Shown one piece after another: positions 13,849-27,945 of a DNA stretch of 64,000 bases; the stretch's first letter is position 1, and each line of letters starts with the position of its first letter. Under the pieces are notes generated by a model. It had not been told where the DNA came from and made no database searches. It was given only the letters and a program-made list of their open reading frames with translations. This DNA comes from Octopus vulgaris (lineage: Eukaryota). The DNA lies in the NCBI GenBank assembly GCA_951406725.2, contig OX597822.1:20398001-20462000 (forward strand), in the 5' to 3' direction. Both the position numbers and the translations under genes were made by a program.

Positions 13849-13850
<2 letters not shown>
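13205..13850 (-). mobile_element. Hammerhead-bearing element: 351-bp unit, ~135-bp partial tandem copy and ~150-bp inverted tail, within (TA)n
   Basis: 13205-13340 repeats at 13556-13691 (offset 351). ~13705-13850 is the reverse complement of ~13512-13676 with an internal deletion. (TA)n on both sides. Confidence 0.88.
13372..13416 (-). ncRNA. Type I hammerhead ribozyme, U4C core variant
   Basis: cacacg-CCGATGA-tagg-tcaata-cctt-GAAA-ctcgag-TC-cgtgtg; 6-bp stem I; palindromic ACTCGAGT; GUC triplet. Confidence 0.8.
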
Positions 13851-13889
<39 letters not shown>

Positions 13890-14019
13890 TGCATGAATGT
13901 ATGTATACATGCATGCATACATACGTACATACCTATCACCTATATGATAAGCAGTTGTCCGAAAGTGTCATCACGATACCATTTACCAATGAGACGACGT
14001 TGTAGCTAGGACATTTTAT

Positions 14020-14520
14020 AATGAAATCCGTCGGAAGGATAATCCTAAGGACAAAGAAATAAGAACCCACAATATGGTAGAAGCCATAGCCACTCATAAT
14101 AAGAAGGAATACTGTTGGAATGTACAAGTGAAGACCTCAATAAAATTTAAACACAACAGACCTGATATAAAGTTTTGGGGGATAGAGAAGAGAAACTGTG
14201 CAGAGTTGTGGAAATCAGCTGTCCAGCGGATATTAACATAAAACTGAAGATCAGTGAAAAGGAGAATACCAATGCTGAATAATTAAGAAATCTGCAGTTA
14301 TTCTGTCCAGAGGACCATTTCAAGCTTATACCTGTAATTATTGGGGCCCTCGAATATGTAACACACTGCCTATATACCAATTTTGAAAATTTAGGCTTCT
14401 CAAAACCAGAAAAGAGAAAGCTAATTCTAAGACTACAGATCCAATTCATCACTGGAACTGTAAAAATCTGTAAAACTTTCCAGAAGTTTATCATTTAAAT
14501 ATATACGAGCATGTCTAGAT
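14020..14520 (+). mobile_element. R4/Dong-like non-LTR retrotransposon 3' fragment (restriction-like endonuclease), decayed
   Basis: HNRPDI...DREEKLCRVVEISCPADINI...EKEN...FKLIPVIIGAL, with stops and frameshifts. Followed by (CATA)n. Confidence 0.75.
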
Positions 14521-14889
14521 ATGCAACTATATGCATGAGAATACATACATAAAACATACAAATCTGCACATACATACATGCATACATACACACACACACA
14601 CACACATACATACATACATACATACATACATACATACATACATACATACATACATACATACATACATACATACATACATGCATGAATACATACCCATGTA
14701 CGTGTATGTGTGTATACATATAAACTGTTGAAGAATATCAGTAAAAAAAAACGTTTTCTACCCAGACCCACGCCCAGAAAAACTTCATCGAATAGCGCCC
14801 TACGAACGCCTTCTCCTATTTCCCAAAAGAAGAAGAAATAAAAAAAAAACCCAGCAGATTATTCGAAATTAAGAATATGAAATTGGCTT

Positions 14890-15235
14890 AAAATTTTGGC
14901 ACATGGTCAGCATGACGAGGGTCACCAATGTTCATTTGGTGCTTAGTTTATGGACGCCGAAAGGCAAAGTCGACCTAGGCTATATTTGAACTCAAATGTG
15001 AAGACGGAAGAAACATTAAGCAATTTGCCCGGCGTGCTAACGAATCTACCAGCTCGTCTCCCTTAAACAGAATATAATATTGATTTCAAATTATGGCTCA
15101 AGGCCTGCAATTTCGGGGGTGGGTAAATCGATTACATCAACCCCAGTGTTCAACTGGTATCAATTTTATTAACCCCACAAAAAATGAAAAGTACAGTAGA
15201 TCTCATCAGAATTTGAACTCAAAACTTAACGACAG
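14890..15235 (-). mobile_element. Two adjacent degenerate family D SINEs
   Basis: aaggcaaagtcgacc...tttgaactc...tttgcccggcgtgctaacgaatctaccagctcg, followed by a second partial copy. Confidence 0.7.
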
Positions 15236-15304
15236 ACGTAAGCTGAATATAATGTTGCACAATAGTTTATTGTCGATATTTCTTATACTATTCCGTCCAC
15301 TATA

Positions 15305-15725
15305 CTCTTACTCTTTTAATCTTTTACTTGTTTCAGTCATTTGACTGTGGCCGCCTTTAGTCGAGCAAATCGACCCCAGGACTTATTCTTTGTAAGCCTA
15401 GTACTTATTCTATCGGTCTCTTTTGCCGAACCGCTAAGTTACGGGGACGTAAACACACCAGCATCGGTTGTCAAGCGATGTTTGGGGGGTGGGGTGGCAA
15501 ACACAGACACACAAACACAGACATACAAACACACGCATATATACACATATAAATATATACGACGGGCTTCTTTTCAGTTTCCGTCTGCCAAATCCACTCA
15601 CAAAGCTTTGGTCGGCCTGAAGCTATAGTAAAAGACACTTGCCCAAGGTGCCACGCAGTGGGACTGAACCCGGAACCATGTGATTGGTAAGCAAGCTACT
15701 TACCACACAGATACTCATGCGCCTA
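15305..15725 (-). mobile_element. tRNA-derived SINE (family A), near full-length
   Basis: Reverse complement of the 9400-9860 family. B-box-like ggttcagtccc on the minus strand. Confidence 0.88.
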
Positions 15726-16601
15726 TATGACATTTTTTTAATATATTTGCCTCGGCTAGCGTTCCCGATGCTTAGATTCTTATAGTTATTACTAGAGAAG
15801 GTCAGGTTTTTATAGTGAACGTGGTGCATAATCAGCCATGTCACTGTTCATTGTTAAGGCATTTCGAATTGATCTTTGTAAATGGCGACTCAGGAGCTTA
15901 CCGTTAGCTCGTTGCCATCGTTGTGGTCATCATCGTTGTGGTCATCATCATCATCATCATCATCATCATTATCATCATAATCATCATCATCATCATCATT
16001 TCTTTCCCTCTGTCTCTCTTTTTCTCTTCTCAAACTGAACGTAAAACGATAAAAATTATGGTACGTGCACATATATTCGTATAGAGTCATGTTTAACACG
16101 TCCGATTTTAATCGGCCGTGATAAGGCCTATCAATGCAAGACTAATCCAGGAAGGAAATTTCTACTTAGACCTCTACAAATATACATTTTGTTTTGGGCT
16201 TTGACTGAAGTCATTAGATCGTACGACACGTGCGTTTATGTGTTGCTCCCATAGGTTATAGGTTATATGTTCTATTACAACTGAACGTGCTAATCATGGC
16301 TTTATACAAATATATTTTATTCAAAGCTAAGACACACACGCACACACACATACACACACACACACACACATACACACGTACACATACACACACATGCACA
16401 TTCACACACATACACACATATATACATATATATATGTATGAAAAATTATATGTGTGTATATATGTCTACATACACAAATATATATCGTTTTTACATTTGG
16501 CTTCAAGATTCTTGACGTGAATTCGTGTTTTAAAATACATTTTGCTCTGTCTTGGAAGGGTCAACATGCAAATAATATCGAATTAGTGCGCTTTTTTTAT
16601 T

Positions 16602-16795
16602 GGCCATCTGTCAGAATCGTTAGCGGCATTTCATCCGTCTTTACGTTCTCTTTTCAAATTCAGCCGAGGTTCACTTTACCTTTCATCCTTTCGGGGGTGG
16701 GTGGGTGATAAAATAAGTACCAGTGAGCACTGGGGTCGATGTCACCAACTTACTCCACCCACGAAATTCCTGCCCTTCTGCCAAAATTTGAAATC
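16602..16795 (+). mobile_element. tRNA-derived SINE (family D)
   Basis: cagaatcgttagcggcatttcatccgtctttacgttct...ttcaaatt...ctttcatcctttcgggg...aagtaccag...ctggggtcgatg. Confidence 0.78.
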
Positions 16796-16826
16796 ATCAT
16801 TTACATACATTCATATATATATTCGT

Positions 16827-17068
16827 GGAGGCGCGTGGCTTAGTGGTTAGGGTGTTGAACTCATGATCGTATGGTTGTGGTTTCGATTCCTGGACAGGGC
16901 GTTGTGTTCTTGAGCAAAACACTTCACTTCACGTTGCTCCAGTCCACTTAGCTGGCAAAATTGAGTAGTCCTGCGACGGACCGGCGTCCCGTCCAGGTGG
17001 GGAATTTCTATGCCACTGAAACCGGGAAACCGGTTCTTATGAGCCTAGCATGGCTCGAGAAGGAACAT
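16827..17068 (+). mobile_element. tRNA-derived SINE (family C)
   Basis: ggaggcgcgtggcttagtggttaggg (A box) ... ggtttcgattcc (B box). Confidence 0.85.
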
Positions 17069-18044
17069 TTATTATTTTTTTATGCATATATAAATACACA
17101 CACACACACACACATACAGAGAAAGAAAGAGGACTGTTCAGAAAATTTGTTCTCAAAACTGGTCGTAGGGTTGGCGGTCGATTATACTGACTCACAGTTC
17201 TTGTGTTGAACACAAAATTTTTGCATTTCCCATGCGGAATAGCTAGAATTTCTAGAATTTTCAGAAATAACTCTTGGCATATTTTCTAAATACGTATATG
17301 AAATAAAATGATATATAACATAATTATTTAGCTTTCAGCTCTTGAAAATCAATGCTTTATAACATTCGTATTCTCGCCTCTTAATTCATAGGATACATTG
17401 GTTTGAGGAGATAATCTGTCGTCACGGAGACACTTTTTGCAACATCTCGTAAAATAACGAAATTTCTATAAATTTCAGAGCAAAATTTTGACATATATTC
17501 GAAATAGATTGATAAAAAAAAATTATAAATTATAGTCATTTTGCTCAGGTTTCCTTCTTGTAGAATTCGAGTACTTGGTAATATGGTGACTCGTTTGTCA
17601 ACTCTTATTTATGTTACACGAGATGAAAACAAATTCTATTTATTGTCACAGAGGCATCGTGTGTGTGCTATTTACACACACACACACACGACGTACATAT
17701 TCACGACGTACATATACCCACACACACGCACATACGCAGGCGCGGACACACATACATATACATTCACACAAACCCCATAATTGAATAATACTCGCCTTTT
17801 CTATCTAATTTTGTTTATATTTTAAATCTGTCGTTTTTACAGCAGCTAAGTCAGCTTCAAATTTGATAGACGAACCATCATGCCCGTACACACGCAAGTA
17901 CACACACACATTCACAACAGACACATTCACACACATATTCACAACCTATACATACATTCACTACAACACGCATATACACACACACAACATTCTTACTGCT
18001 TACTTTTCAAACTGTGCGGAGCATATTCGCAACAAATGGCACTA

Positions 18045-18236
18045 TACCTATTTCTTTACTACCCACAAGGAGCTAAACACAGAGAGGACAAACAAGGACA
18101 GACAAACGGATTAAGTCGATTATATTCACCCCGGTGCGTAACTGGTACTTATTTAATCGACCCCGAAAGGATGAAAGGCAGACGAAATACCGCTAAGCAT
18201 TTTGCCCGACGTGCTAACGTTTCTGCCAGCTCGCCG
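18045..18236 (-). mobile_element. tRNA-derived SINE (family D), internally deleted
   Basis: actggtacttatttaatcgaccccgaaaggatgaaaggca...gctaacgtttctgccagctcgcc. Confidence 0.75.
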
Positions 18237-18388
18237 AATAACAAAAGAGTTATCCCTCGAATCAGCTGCTACCATTCACTGCATATGTTACACTAACATT
18301 TAAAAAAGTTGCAATTCATTGTTTGAATACAGACTATATATAGATATATACACACATTCACATGTTCGTGTGTGTGTGTGTGTATACA

Positions 18389-18435
<47 letters not shown>

Positions 18436-18619
18436 GATCACTGAACTCAGCATATTTTTTTTCACTCTCTTTCTGTTTGTTTCCAGTTATTCTTTTTTTG
18501 TTGAAGAGCGTAGGCTCGAAACGTAAAAGACCTTTCCATTTTTCCCGAGCTTCAAATTAATACACTTGCCTATTGTTCCTACACCTGTTTTCATCTTTGT
18601 TTTTCTATAAATTTGAAAC

Positions 18620-18659
<40 letters not shown>

Positions 18660-18692
18660 ATATATATAAAGATATTTATATATATATATATA

Positions 18693-19937
18693 TAGTGGTT
18701 GGACAAAATAATGGAAACACCTTAAAATTTCAAACAAATTTATTTTAATATGGGGTGGCACCGCCTTTGGCAGTGCCACCCCATCTTGAATTCTACGAGG
18801 TATGGACTCGTACAAAGTTTGAATTGTTTCCAAATAAATTTTTGTCCATTCTTCAGCTAAAACAGTCTCCAGTTCTTGTAGTGACGATGGTGGAGGATAT
18901 TGACCCCTTGTTTTTCTAAAATGCACCATAAATGTTCAATAATATTGAGATCTGGGGACTGTGGTGGCCAGATAAGATGTTCAACTTCACTAGACTGTTC
19001 CCCGTGCCCTTCAGTAACAAATTTAGCTGTGTGAATTGGTGCATTATCACCCTGAAAGATTGCGCTTCCCTCCGGAAAAAGTTCCGCATCTATACGATGA
19101 ATTTGGTCAGATAAAGCGCTTAACTAGTTTTGACTATCAATTCTGCCATGAAGGGAAACCATTGGACTGGCGGATATCCAAGATATAGCCCACCACCACC
19201 AAATCATCACAGACCCTCCATCATGTTTTCAGTTGGAAGAAGGCAATCTGCGTCAAATGCTTCTTATGACTGTTTCCACACGTATACTCGGCCGGTGGCT
19301 GGAAATAAGGTAAAGGGTGATTCGTCCGAGAAAATAGCATTCGTCTACTAATCTAGAGACCAATTCTGTAGGTTTTCACTCCACTCTAAACGCTTTGCAA
19401 CGTTTGTCTTCGAAAGTAGAGATTTTCTGATTGCAGCCGTCCCGTGAAATCTGGCTTTGTGCAGCTCCCGGCAAACAGTTTTTGTGGAAACTAAGTTCTC
19501 GGGGTGGTCATTAAGCTCTGCAGTAATTTGGGGAACTGTAAGAGTCCGACGGTCCCTATCTGAAAGTTTTGGTTTTCTCCTAAAGTTTTGTTTCGACGAG
19601 GAGGTTTTTCCCTCTTTCTCAAAGACTGTCATTACTTTCGAGACAGTACTTCTTGATACACCAAACATTTCGGCTGTTTTCGTTTCGCTAGCGTCTCTCA
19701 TACGAGCACCAACAATTTGACCTCTTTGAAAGTTCAATAGATCTTGTAATTAATAAATTTAAATTATCATATTTTGATGATATCTGAAAAGAAACAGCAA
19801 TTTTAGCAAAACATATTAAGCAACACTAATAATATATCAAAAAGCATAAAAATAAAGAAGATTTTTACGGTTTTATAGATATTTCAAAATAATGATGCTA
19901 TGATGCTAAGTGTTTCCATTAGTTTGTCCAACCCCTG
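18693..19937 (-). mobile_element. Tc1-like DNA transposon with both TIRs and a decayed transposase
   Basis: TIRs tagtggttggacaaaataatggaaacac / gtgtttccattagtttgtccaacccctg, each flanked by TA. Minus ORFs FQRGQIVGAR...AEMFGVSRSTVSKV (HTH) and PPSSLQELETVLAEEW...SIPRRIQ. WPPQSPDLNIIE motif near 18940. Confidence 0.92.
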
Positions 19938-20005
<68 letters not shown>

Positions 20006-20006
<1 letters not shown>

Positions 20007-21265
20007 GCAATCCGATTCCGGTTAGAGAGTTACTCTAATGAACTCTCACACCGCATCAAAAAAGAATTCGGAATAGAAGAGCTAAAATTCATCTCGGAGA
20101 ATAACTTCTTCGTATTCAACGTCAAATATTGACAGTACTCGAGGACTGGATGGGTACGAGAATGACCCCCTCCTTTGCTAACCTAGTCATCAGGGACCTA
20201 GAAATCACTATATCGTAAGGTACTAGAAAAATATGGAAACCCATTCTTTCTTCACATAGGAAATAACTGGAAGAGATATTTAAATCATTCTTTGCTATGA
20301 AAGAATAAAGAGACCTAAAGAATTTCAAGCACTTCTAAATGGACTTGACACAAACATTCAATTAATGATATCCTCATCAAGAAATCCAAGACATAATAGA
20401 GACAGATATATACTATAAGCCCACAGCTTCTAAGCAATATCTACCGTTCAACTCATGTCACCCCAGACACACTAGAATGAATATCCCTTTCAACCCCGCC
20501 AAAAGGATTTGCATTATAGTATCTGATACAAGCACCGTGAGCACACTACATTCGCTAAAGGATACTCATCAGCAGGAATTATCCACCATCCCTAATTGAT
20601 ATAGATTTTCAACGTGCCCTACAACTCAATATCCACAAGGTCAGACATCTCAAACTAAACAATGAATTACAATTATAAGCCCTATCATACATATCCACAC
20701 GCAGCTCCCTGAACAATGCGGCCTTCGACATCTTCGAGAACATTCCTTTACCAAAAACGGATCATAGAATGAATCATATCTGCCAAGCGCACATCATCAT
20801 AAAGAGCAAGAGACAGCCCAAGTCAATGAAAAGTATTCAAACACAAGCCCAAGTACAAACGACAGTAACATCGAAACCGGCAGAAAAAATGCAGAAGACC
20901 TAACTGTGGTATATGCGTCAACCTAACTGAGGGATCGGAGTTCTTCTTCTAACAGGGTCAATGTGTTACTATGAAAAAGAATTTCACATCTGCTTCGGAA
21001 AACCTGATATAATGTTAGTTTGCCCTGGGTGTCGAGAGCAATACATTGGTCAAACTAAAAACAGTCTACGGTAGAGGATGACCGTACATAGATCCCAGAT
21101 TAAAATATAGGAATGCAGAAAAATGGCATTAAGTAAACACCTCGACATTTGCGCCACCAATGAACAACCCAACATTTTCCCTCTATAAATTTAGGGACAA
21201 TGCAACCTATAATTAGTGCATTAACAAAGAATCATTTTATTACAAAATATAAACCTGTTTTGAAT
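20006..21265 (+). pseudogene. Penelope-like element RT plus GIY-YIG endonuclease remnant
   Basis: MGTRMTPSFANLVIRDLE; YYKPTASKQYLPFNSCHPRH; CPGCREQYIGQTKNSLR*RMTVHR; ends ...FITKYKPVLN. Many stops and frameshifts. Confidence 0.85.
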
Positions 21266-21329
21266 GCTTTCTCCACAGATGACACTACTAAAGGGATCTT
21301 AGAATAATACCAATAGAAATATTTAAAAT

Positions 21330-22052
21330 GATAGATATATACATCAAGTACAGAATAGACAACATATCAGTAAGTGATAAATGCAGACATTGTGGACAAA
21401 ATAATAATGTGACACAGACAGACTGTATGTAGCAAGAAAAAGAGGGGGAAAAGGACTGGCATATTACCAGTCAATGTACGCTACTAGCCCAGAAAGAATA
21501 CAAGAAATGTCATGACAATATAGCAGGGATTGTCCATTGGACACTTTGCAACAAGTATGGACTTAACAGAGCAAAAAACTGGTACGAACATAAACCCGAC
21601 GGCATCATCGAAAATGATAATGCAAAGAATCTATGGGATTTCATGATTCAGGGCGACCATAAAATAGAGAATAGGAAACCAGACATTGTGCTAATTGATA
21701 AAGAAAGCAAACGGTGCTGGATCATAGATATAGCATGCCCAGCTGACAACAAGAAAAAATGTCGATAGATATAACAGGTTAGCTTGGGAAGTTAAGCAGC
21801 TGTGGTCGCTGAAAAAGGTGGTAGTAGTACCAATAATTGTCGGGGCCCTGAGAACAGCGAGTAAAACTCTTGCGAAGTACATGGAATAAATATGGACTGT
21901 AATAAGGGTTGATCATTTGCAGAAAACAGCACTGCTTGGAACCACTCGAATACTCCGGATGGTGCTCGAAAAATAAGGGGTGTTACATTAGTTCACTGGT
22001 AGAGAGCAACTGCCACCATAGTCCATCCCCAGCGTTAGAAACTGTGCAAAGA
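21330..22052 (+). mobile_element. R4/Dong-like non-LTR 3' fragment
   Basis: YRIDN...DKCRHCG zinc-knuckle region, EYKKCHDNIAGIVHW, WYEHKPD, RKPDIVLIDK, VVPIIVGAL, TALLGTTRILR. Followed by (TAA)n. Confidence 0.85.
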
Positions 22053-22326
<274 letters not shown>

Positions 22327-22850
22327 CATATTGAAAGACTTCAGACAAAGAACATGCCTCCTCATTGATATGACTGTCCCAATCGATATAAACGTATCTG
22401 TCAAGACCTACCAAAAACTGAGCAAATATAAAGATCTTGAAATAAAAATCAGCAAAATGTGGAAGCTGAAGACTAAAACAATACCTGTTGTCATAGGTGC
22501 CCTGGGAATGATAGCGAAAGGGACTGATTGCTACCTAACTCAGATACCAGGAAACCCCAAAATGGCAGAAATTCAAAAGATAGTGCTCATGGGAACTGCT
22601 CATATCCTACGCAAAATACTCTCTATGTAATCCCAAGGTTTAAAACAAACTTTTTTTTATTTAATTTTTTTTTTTTAAATTTTATTTTTTTAAAATTTTA
22701 TTTTTATGTATTAGACATTCACTAGTACAACAAAAAAACCCCAAAAGAAACCCAAATATATGGCACAGAACTTCCAACCTGTTGTCTCTTGAGGTCTCTG
22801 GGTGAGACTTGGAGCCAACTTGTACAGACATAAAGCAAAAGTCAAACATA

Positions 22851-22851
<1 letters not shown>
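22327..22851 (+). mobile_element. R4/Dong-like non-LTR 3' fragment with 3' UTR, inside (TAA)n
   Basis: ORF 22331-22630 TCLLIDMTVP...KLSKYKDLE...IPVVIGALG...IQKIVLMGTAHILRK. (TAA)n on both sides. Confidence 0.88.
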
Positions 22852-22927
<76 letters not shown>

Positions 22928-22969
22928 GATGATGATGATAATGATAATAATAATGTTAAACACTATTGT

Positions 22970-23470
22970 ACTTCGCCTTCGAAGAACACCTTTCAAACGT
23001 TGTGTGTTGACAATACATCAATTCATTGATGTGAACTTCGAGACACCAGTGTTTCGACCTAGTTGCGTTTTTTCAGTCTACCTCTTGTATGGAAGAACCT
23101 AAACAAGACTGGTATAAAAGGAAAAGGTGATCTACGAAGGTGATATGCAACTACAATTAACATACACATGTTAAAATCGTATTAAGTATGAATATGTATA
23201 TCATCGTTTTGATTCTCACTGTTCTACGTGTCAGTGGTAATTAGTTGTTGATTTGGTATACATCAGCATGTTTCAGCAAATAATTGATCTGCTGAATTCT
23301 ATAAACAAGAGCCATCTTTCTTGCTTAGATTCATTAATTCGAGGACAACTTTGACTGATGAGATACAAGCAGTCGAAACACTGATGTCACAAAGTTCCCC
23401 TCACGTAAATAAATCAAGTGAGTTGTGAACACACATCGTTTGAAAGGAGTGTTTTTCCAAATGTAATTGA
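22970..23470 (+). mobile_element. Old hammerhead-bearing element with diverged 5' inverted copy
   Basis: ~22980-23058 is a diverged reverse complement of ~23372-23458. Confidence 0.65.
23347..23396 (+). ncRNA. Type I hammerhead ribozyme, slightly decayed
   Basis: aactttga-CTGATGA-gat-acaagca-gtc-GAAA-ca-ctga-tg-TC-acaaagtt. One stem I mismatch, which the inverted copy (tcgaagtt) restores. Confidence 0.7.
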
Positions 23471-24184
23471 AATATTAATGTTCAGATTCACTGAAACTTA
23501 TTAAGAATATGTTACATTATCAATTGACTCTCTTAGATAGAACGTGGAAAAAAGTATAAAAATACTGCTATTTAAAAATGGTAGAGTATGAAGTGAAGTA
23601 GACATGAGTGCTATTTTCATCAAGCTAAATAACTGTGCAGAGGCTCTCTATCTGTCTGCCTCTGTCTCTCTCTCACACACACACTCTCTCTCTCTAACAC
23701 ACTCTTTCTCTCTCTCTCTCTCACTCTTTCTCTCTCTCTCGCTCCCTCATCATTTCTGCGGTTGTGTTGCTGCCGCTGCTATTTCTGTTGTTGCTTTAGA
23801 GCCAAGTGAGTTTTGATGAAGTTATACCTATGATCCAAGACATACAACTCCGATTATATTGGTGTCCATTTTTAGGTTATGTGCATTTACTACCATATAC
23901 CCAATATGCCTCTCCCTTTTCAAGATTATAAGCTGTAACGAAATATCTTGTTTCTTACAGGTGTTAAGTATACGAAGTTGTTTTGTCTAATTAGATTTAC
24001 ATAGACCTGGTTATTGGGAGTTAAGTATTTTGGCCATGATATATACTGCCATGTCTACTACTAGATAAATTATTTATCTTTTAGCTGATTGTATGTGTTT
24101 TAATATAGAGTCTCATATATTTAATGTAGAGTCTTGGGAAATTCCTACGATTAACTGTGATTACTCACAAAAGTAATAACACTT

Positions 24185-24330
24185 TCCCCCCACAAGGTTC
24201 AGGGTTTAGTTCCACTACATGGCACATTGGGCAAGTATCTTATGCTACATCCACAGCGGACCAAAGCCTTGTGAGTAGATTTGGTAGGCGGAAACAGAAA
24301 GATGCCCGGCGTGTGTGTATATATTCATGT

Positions 24331-24361
<31 letters not shown>

Positions 24362-24595
24362 GGCGTGTGTGTGTGTCTTTGTGTCTATGCTTGTCCCATA
24401 CCACCGCTCGACGCCCGGTGTTTGTGTGTTTACGTCCTCGTGACCTAGCGGTTCCGCAAAAGAGACCGATAGTATAAGTACCAGGTTTGAAAATAGACAT
24501 AAGTACTAGGGACGATTCATTCTACTAGAATTCTTCAACATGTCCCAACGTGGCTGCAGGCTAATGAGTGAAACAAGTAAAAGATAAAAGATTAA
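24185..24595 (+). mobile_element. tRNA-derived SINE (family A), degenerate
   Basis: gggtttagttccact...ccaaagccttgtgagtagatttggtaggcggaaac...gaaacaagtaaaaga. Confidence 0.8.
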
Positions 24596-24696
24596 AGATA
24601 CATCGAGAGTACAATACAATTAATCAATTGATATTTTGAAAAATATAGGAAACACAACACATTCGTTCTTAGTATTGCCAGATGAATAGAATATAC

Positions 24697-24736
24697 TTCA
24701 CTGATGCGGTATCTCTATTACCGAAACATGTCCGTT
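24697..24736 (+). ncRNA. Decayed hammerhead motif (A9C, stem I lost)
   Basis: CTGATGC-ggta-tctctat-tacc-GAAA-catg-TC, palindromic ACATGT. Lies between diverged inverted arms ~24615-24660 and ~24746-24813. Confidence 0.5.
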
Positions 24737-25117
24737 ACTTTCCTCGTGTTGTTTAACCATCTGATCAACAGCCACGCGCTATTTTCTATATTTTCAAAAA
24801 TTTCAGTTAATTGAGCTTATTGTTGTTATCTCCCTTCTCTGATTTTTCATTGCATTCAAGAGGGAACCTTTCCTCCATTAAAAAAAGGAAAAGATAATTT
24901 CAGTAAATCAAAGGTGTTCATATTAGAGCATATCTGGATTTAGTTTGTACAACGTTCTCTTGAAGTATATTTCATCAGTCATGCTGTCGATATTTTCTAC
25001 TGGTTGGCACACCTAAATCCGTTACAGTAATAGTAATAGCAGCAGTAATACTTGCAGTAATAGTTGAAGTCATTGTGATAGATGTAGCAGGTGGAAGAAG
25101 TAACAGTAGTCACCGTA

Positions 25118-25148
<31 letters not shown>

Positions 25149-25747
25149 CACCGTAGTAGCAGTAGTCACCGTAGTAGTAGTAGTAGTTGTTGTTGTTGTT
25201 GTTGCTGTTGATTTTATCGTCACGCTAGCGTCCCCTGACTGAGTTGACCTACCGATCAAAGGCACTCCAGTCGTGACAATCCTATATTTTTACATATCTA
25301 TATCAGTGTACAAGGAAGAGTTTAGGGAATTATGGCTGCTATTTCTTCTCGACGGAGCGACTACATTAAGGAACTCCAAATTAGTGTTACAACCGTTTGT
25401 TGATAGTGGTTGTATGGACCTTAAGCATAATAGCATAAACTTGATGGTTATTGGTAACGATGCTCTGGCAATGGTGTCTGACATTATGTAGTGTGTCAGT
25501 GCGTTGTTGGAATACTGTCGACGCTGCCATTTTCTTTTCTTTATATGTAAATCTATAAAACAACCATGTATTATAGAAACAAAGGGCATGCTGTCATAAT
25601 GTTTAAGTCTTCAACTATTTGGTCCAACTTCAATGGCGGCTGGCAATTTGCTCGACGATATTTGGCACTGGTTTTAGCAGCAGGTCAAATGACAATGTTT
25701 CAAGCCACCTCATTGACTATCTCTCATTGTTTTAGTTTGTTATAGCT

Positions 25748-26190
<443 letters not shown>

Positions 26191-26649
26191 TCTTTGCCGT
26201 TTATATTCAAAATTATAATGAAAACTTCTCTCGTATTGACAGCTATCAATTTTACCTTTCCCTCTTCTCTACCCATATCACCATTCTCATTATCATCAAT
26301 TATTTCAAACTTCTCCTTATCATCACAAGCCTCAACATTACCACTATCGTTGTCATCACCGTCATTATGATTATCATCATCATGTTCTGTATTATTACTG
26401 TCTTTATTGAAACCAAACCCGTTATCATGCTATATCCCTACATTTTCCACACTTCCTCCTCCTGCTCTTGCTCCTGTTCCTTCTCCCTGCCTCTCCTCCT
26501 CTTCCTCCTCGTCATTAAAGTTATATGATTCTATATGTGTTCGTTGTACAAAGTCATTAATCTTCTGCCCTTAATACCGTATAACTTTGTTGTAACCTTT
26601 TAAACCTTTTTGATGAATAAATAACTATATAAATAATACTAATCTTATT

Positions 26650-26826
26650 TACAAAAGGCACAGGACCTGAAATATTGGGAGAAAGGAATAATCGATTATA
26701 TCGACCCCGAAGGGTGAAAGGCAAAGCTGACTGCGGCGGAATTTGAATTCAGAGCATAAAGAACTGGAAGATAAGCTGCTAAGCATTTTAGGCCGGTGCT
26801 CAAACAACTCTACCTGCTTGCCGCCA
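26650..26826 (-). mobile_element. tRNA-derived SINE (family D)
   Basis: tcgaccccgaagggtgaaaggcaaagctgactgcggcggaatttgaattcagagc...cctgcttgccgcc. Confidence 0.7.
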
Positions 26827-26845
26827 TACTACTACTACTACAACA

Positions 26846-26908
<63 letters not shown>

Positions 26909-26933
26909 GCTGCGTCTGCTGCTGCTGCTGCTG

Positions 26934-26993
<60 letters not shown>

Positions 26994-27399
26994 TTTTGTT
27001 ATTTAAAGATTCGAAAAAATATTGGACTAATACAAACTACAGTGGATGTTTATATATACACCTACAATGAATATAGAATTAATATGAAAATTGTTAACAA
27101 TATAGTACGGATAAGCATCACCCAGAGGAAACAAAGGAACTCTGCCGAATTGGATCACTCGACCACCAAGAGTACAATAAGCACGCGCTTGTCTGTACAC
27201 ACTAGCCCTCTGACGCAACCTCAGGGCCCACTCACTTGACACACCCTCTCCAAATTCACCTACCTTTGAACAACGGTACTGAGTAGTAACACTCTTGCAA
27301 CCCTCACCCCCATTTAGGAAATGTGTCTGTATTCAGTCTTTGTAGTTACCTCTGCCATACAACTTCTTTCACTATAGCCACCAGGCATAGGAAACTGTT

Positions 27400-27945
27400 T
27401 GTTTTTTCTCAACCGAAGGAGGGTTGCGGGGAGATCTTCACACTGGAATAGACCAATAGCCGGATACTTTCTGGGGTAATGTAAGAGTGCGTTCAGGGCG
27501 GTTTCGTCGCTCTGTCCGTATCTAGAGCTTGTCCGGTTGACAGTCCTACCATGCTTACAGAGTTTATCCCGAACAGCATTGCTACACGTTAAGCACTGTC
27601 TGGCGAGGATTTCTGAATCGAAAGTCCACCCGAAAAAATCAGACAGCTGAAGTTTCTCGATGTCCAGGTTTTCGCCGAGGAGGTCTTCACTCTTGCATCT
27701 TACAAATACTTTATAGAACGTTCTGATAGATCTTTAATCGAATATATTGCAGCGAAGAGACCGAAATCAGTCACTGGTCAATCCTGTCAAAAGCATTTGA
27801 TTGTTCTAAATCGATGATAGCGTCAACCTCTTAGATAACACTTTGGTCAAAACTTAAACTTTACGTCTAGCAGCTACAGGCCTGAAGCTTTTAAATATCA
27901 TCCCTCTTGTTCGAATCCTTTCTCAGCAGTACCCTCATAACCTCG
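27400..27945 (-). pseudogene. Decayed L1/Tx1-like RT fragment
   Basis: Minus strand near 27800-27900 gives FRP.ALLDVKFK.LTKVLSKRL, resembling LINE RT domain 1. Confidence 0.4.

Noticed and set aside
13205-13850. CRISPR array or LTR retrotransposon
   Set aside because: There is no repeat-spacer periodicity, no TG...CA LTR ends, no primer-binding site and no gag-pol. The context is eukaryotic.
8788-17068. tRNA genes
   Set aside because: The A/B-box heads continue into repeated SINE bodies and lack complete cloverleaf structures.
18493-18530. HHR-like TTGTTGA-a-gagc-gtag-gctc-GAAA-cg-TA-aaag as an intact ribozyme
   Set aside because: Two core deviations and an ambiguous register; counted only as a possible decayed motif.
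23790-23965. Possible small exon(s) near a CT repeat
   Set aside because: Splice-like signals occur on both strands, but there is no recognisable peptide or consistent gene model.
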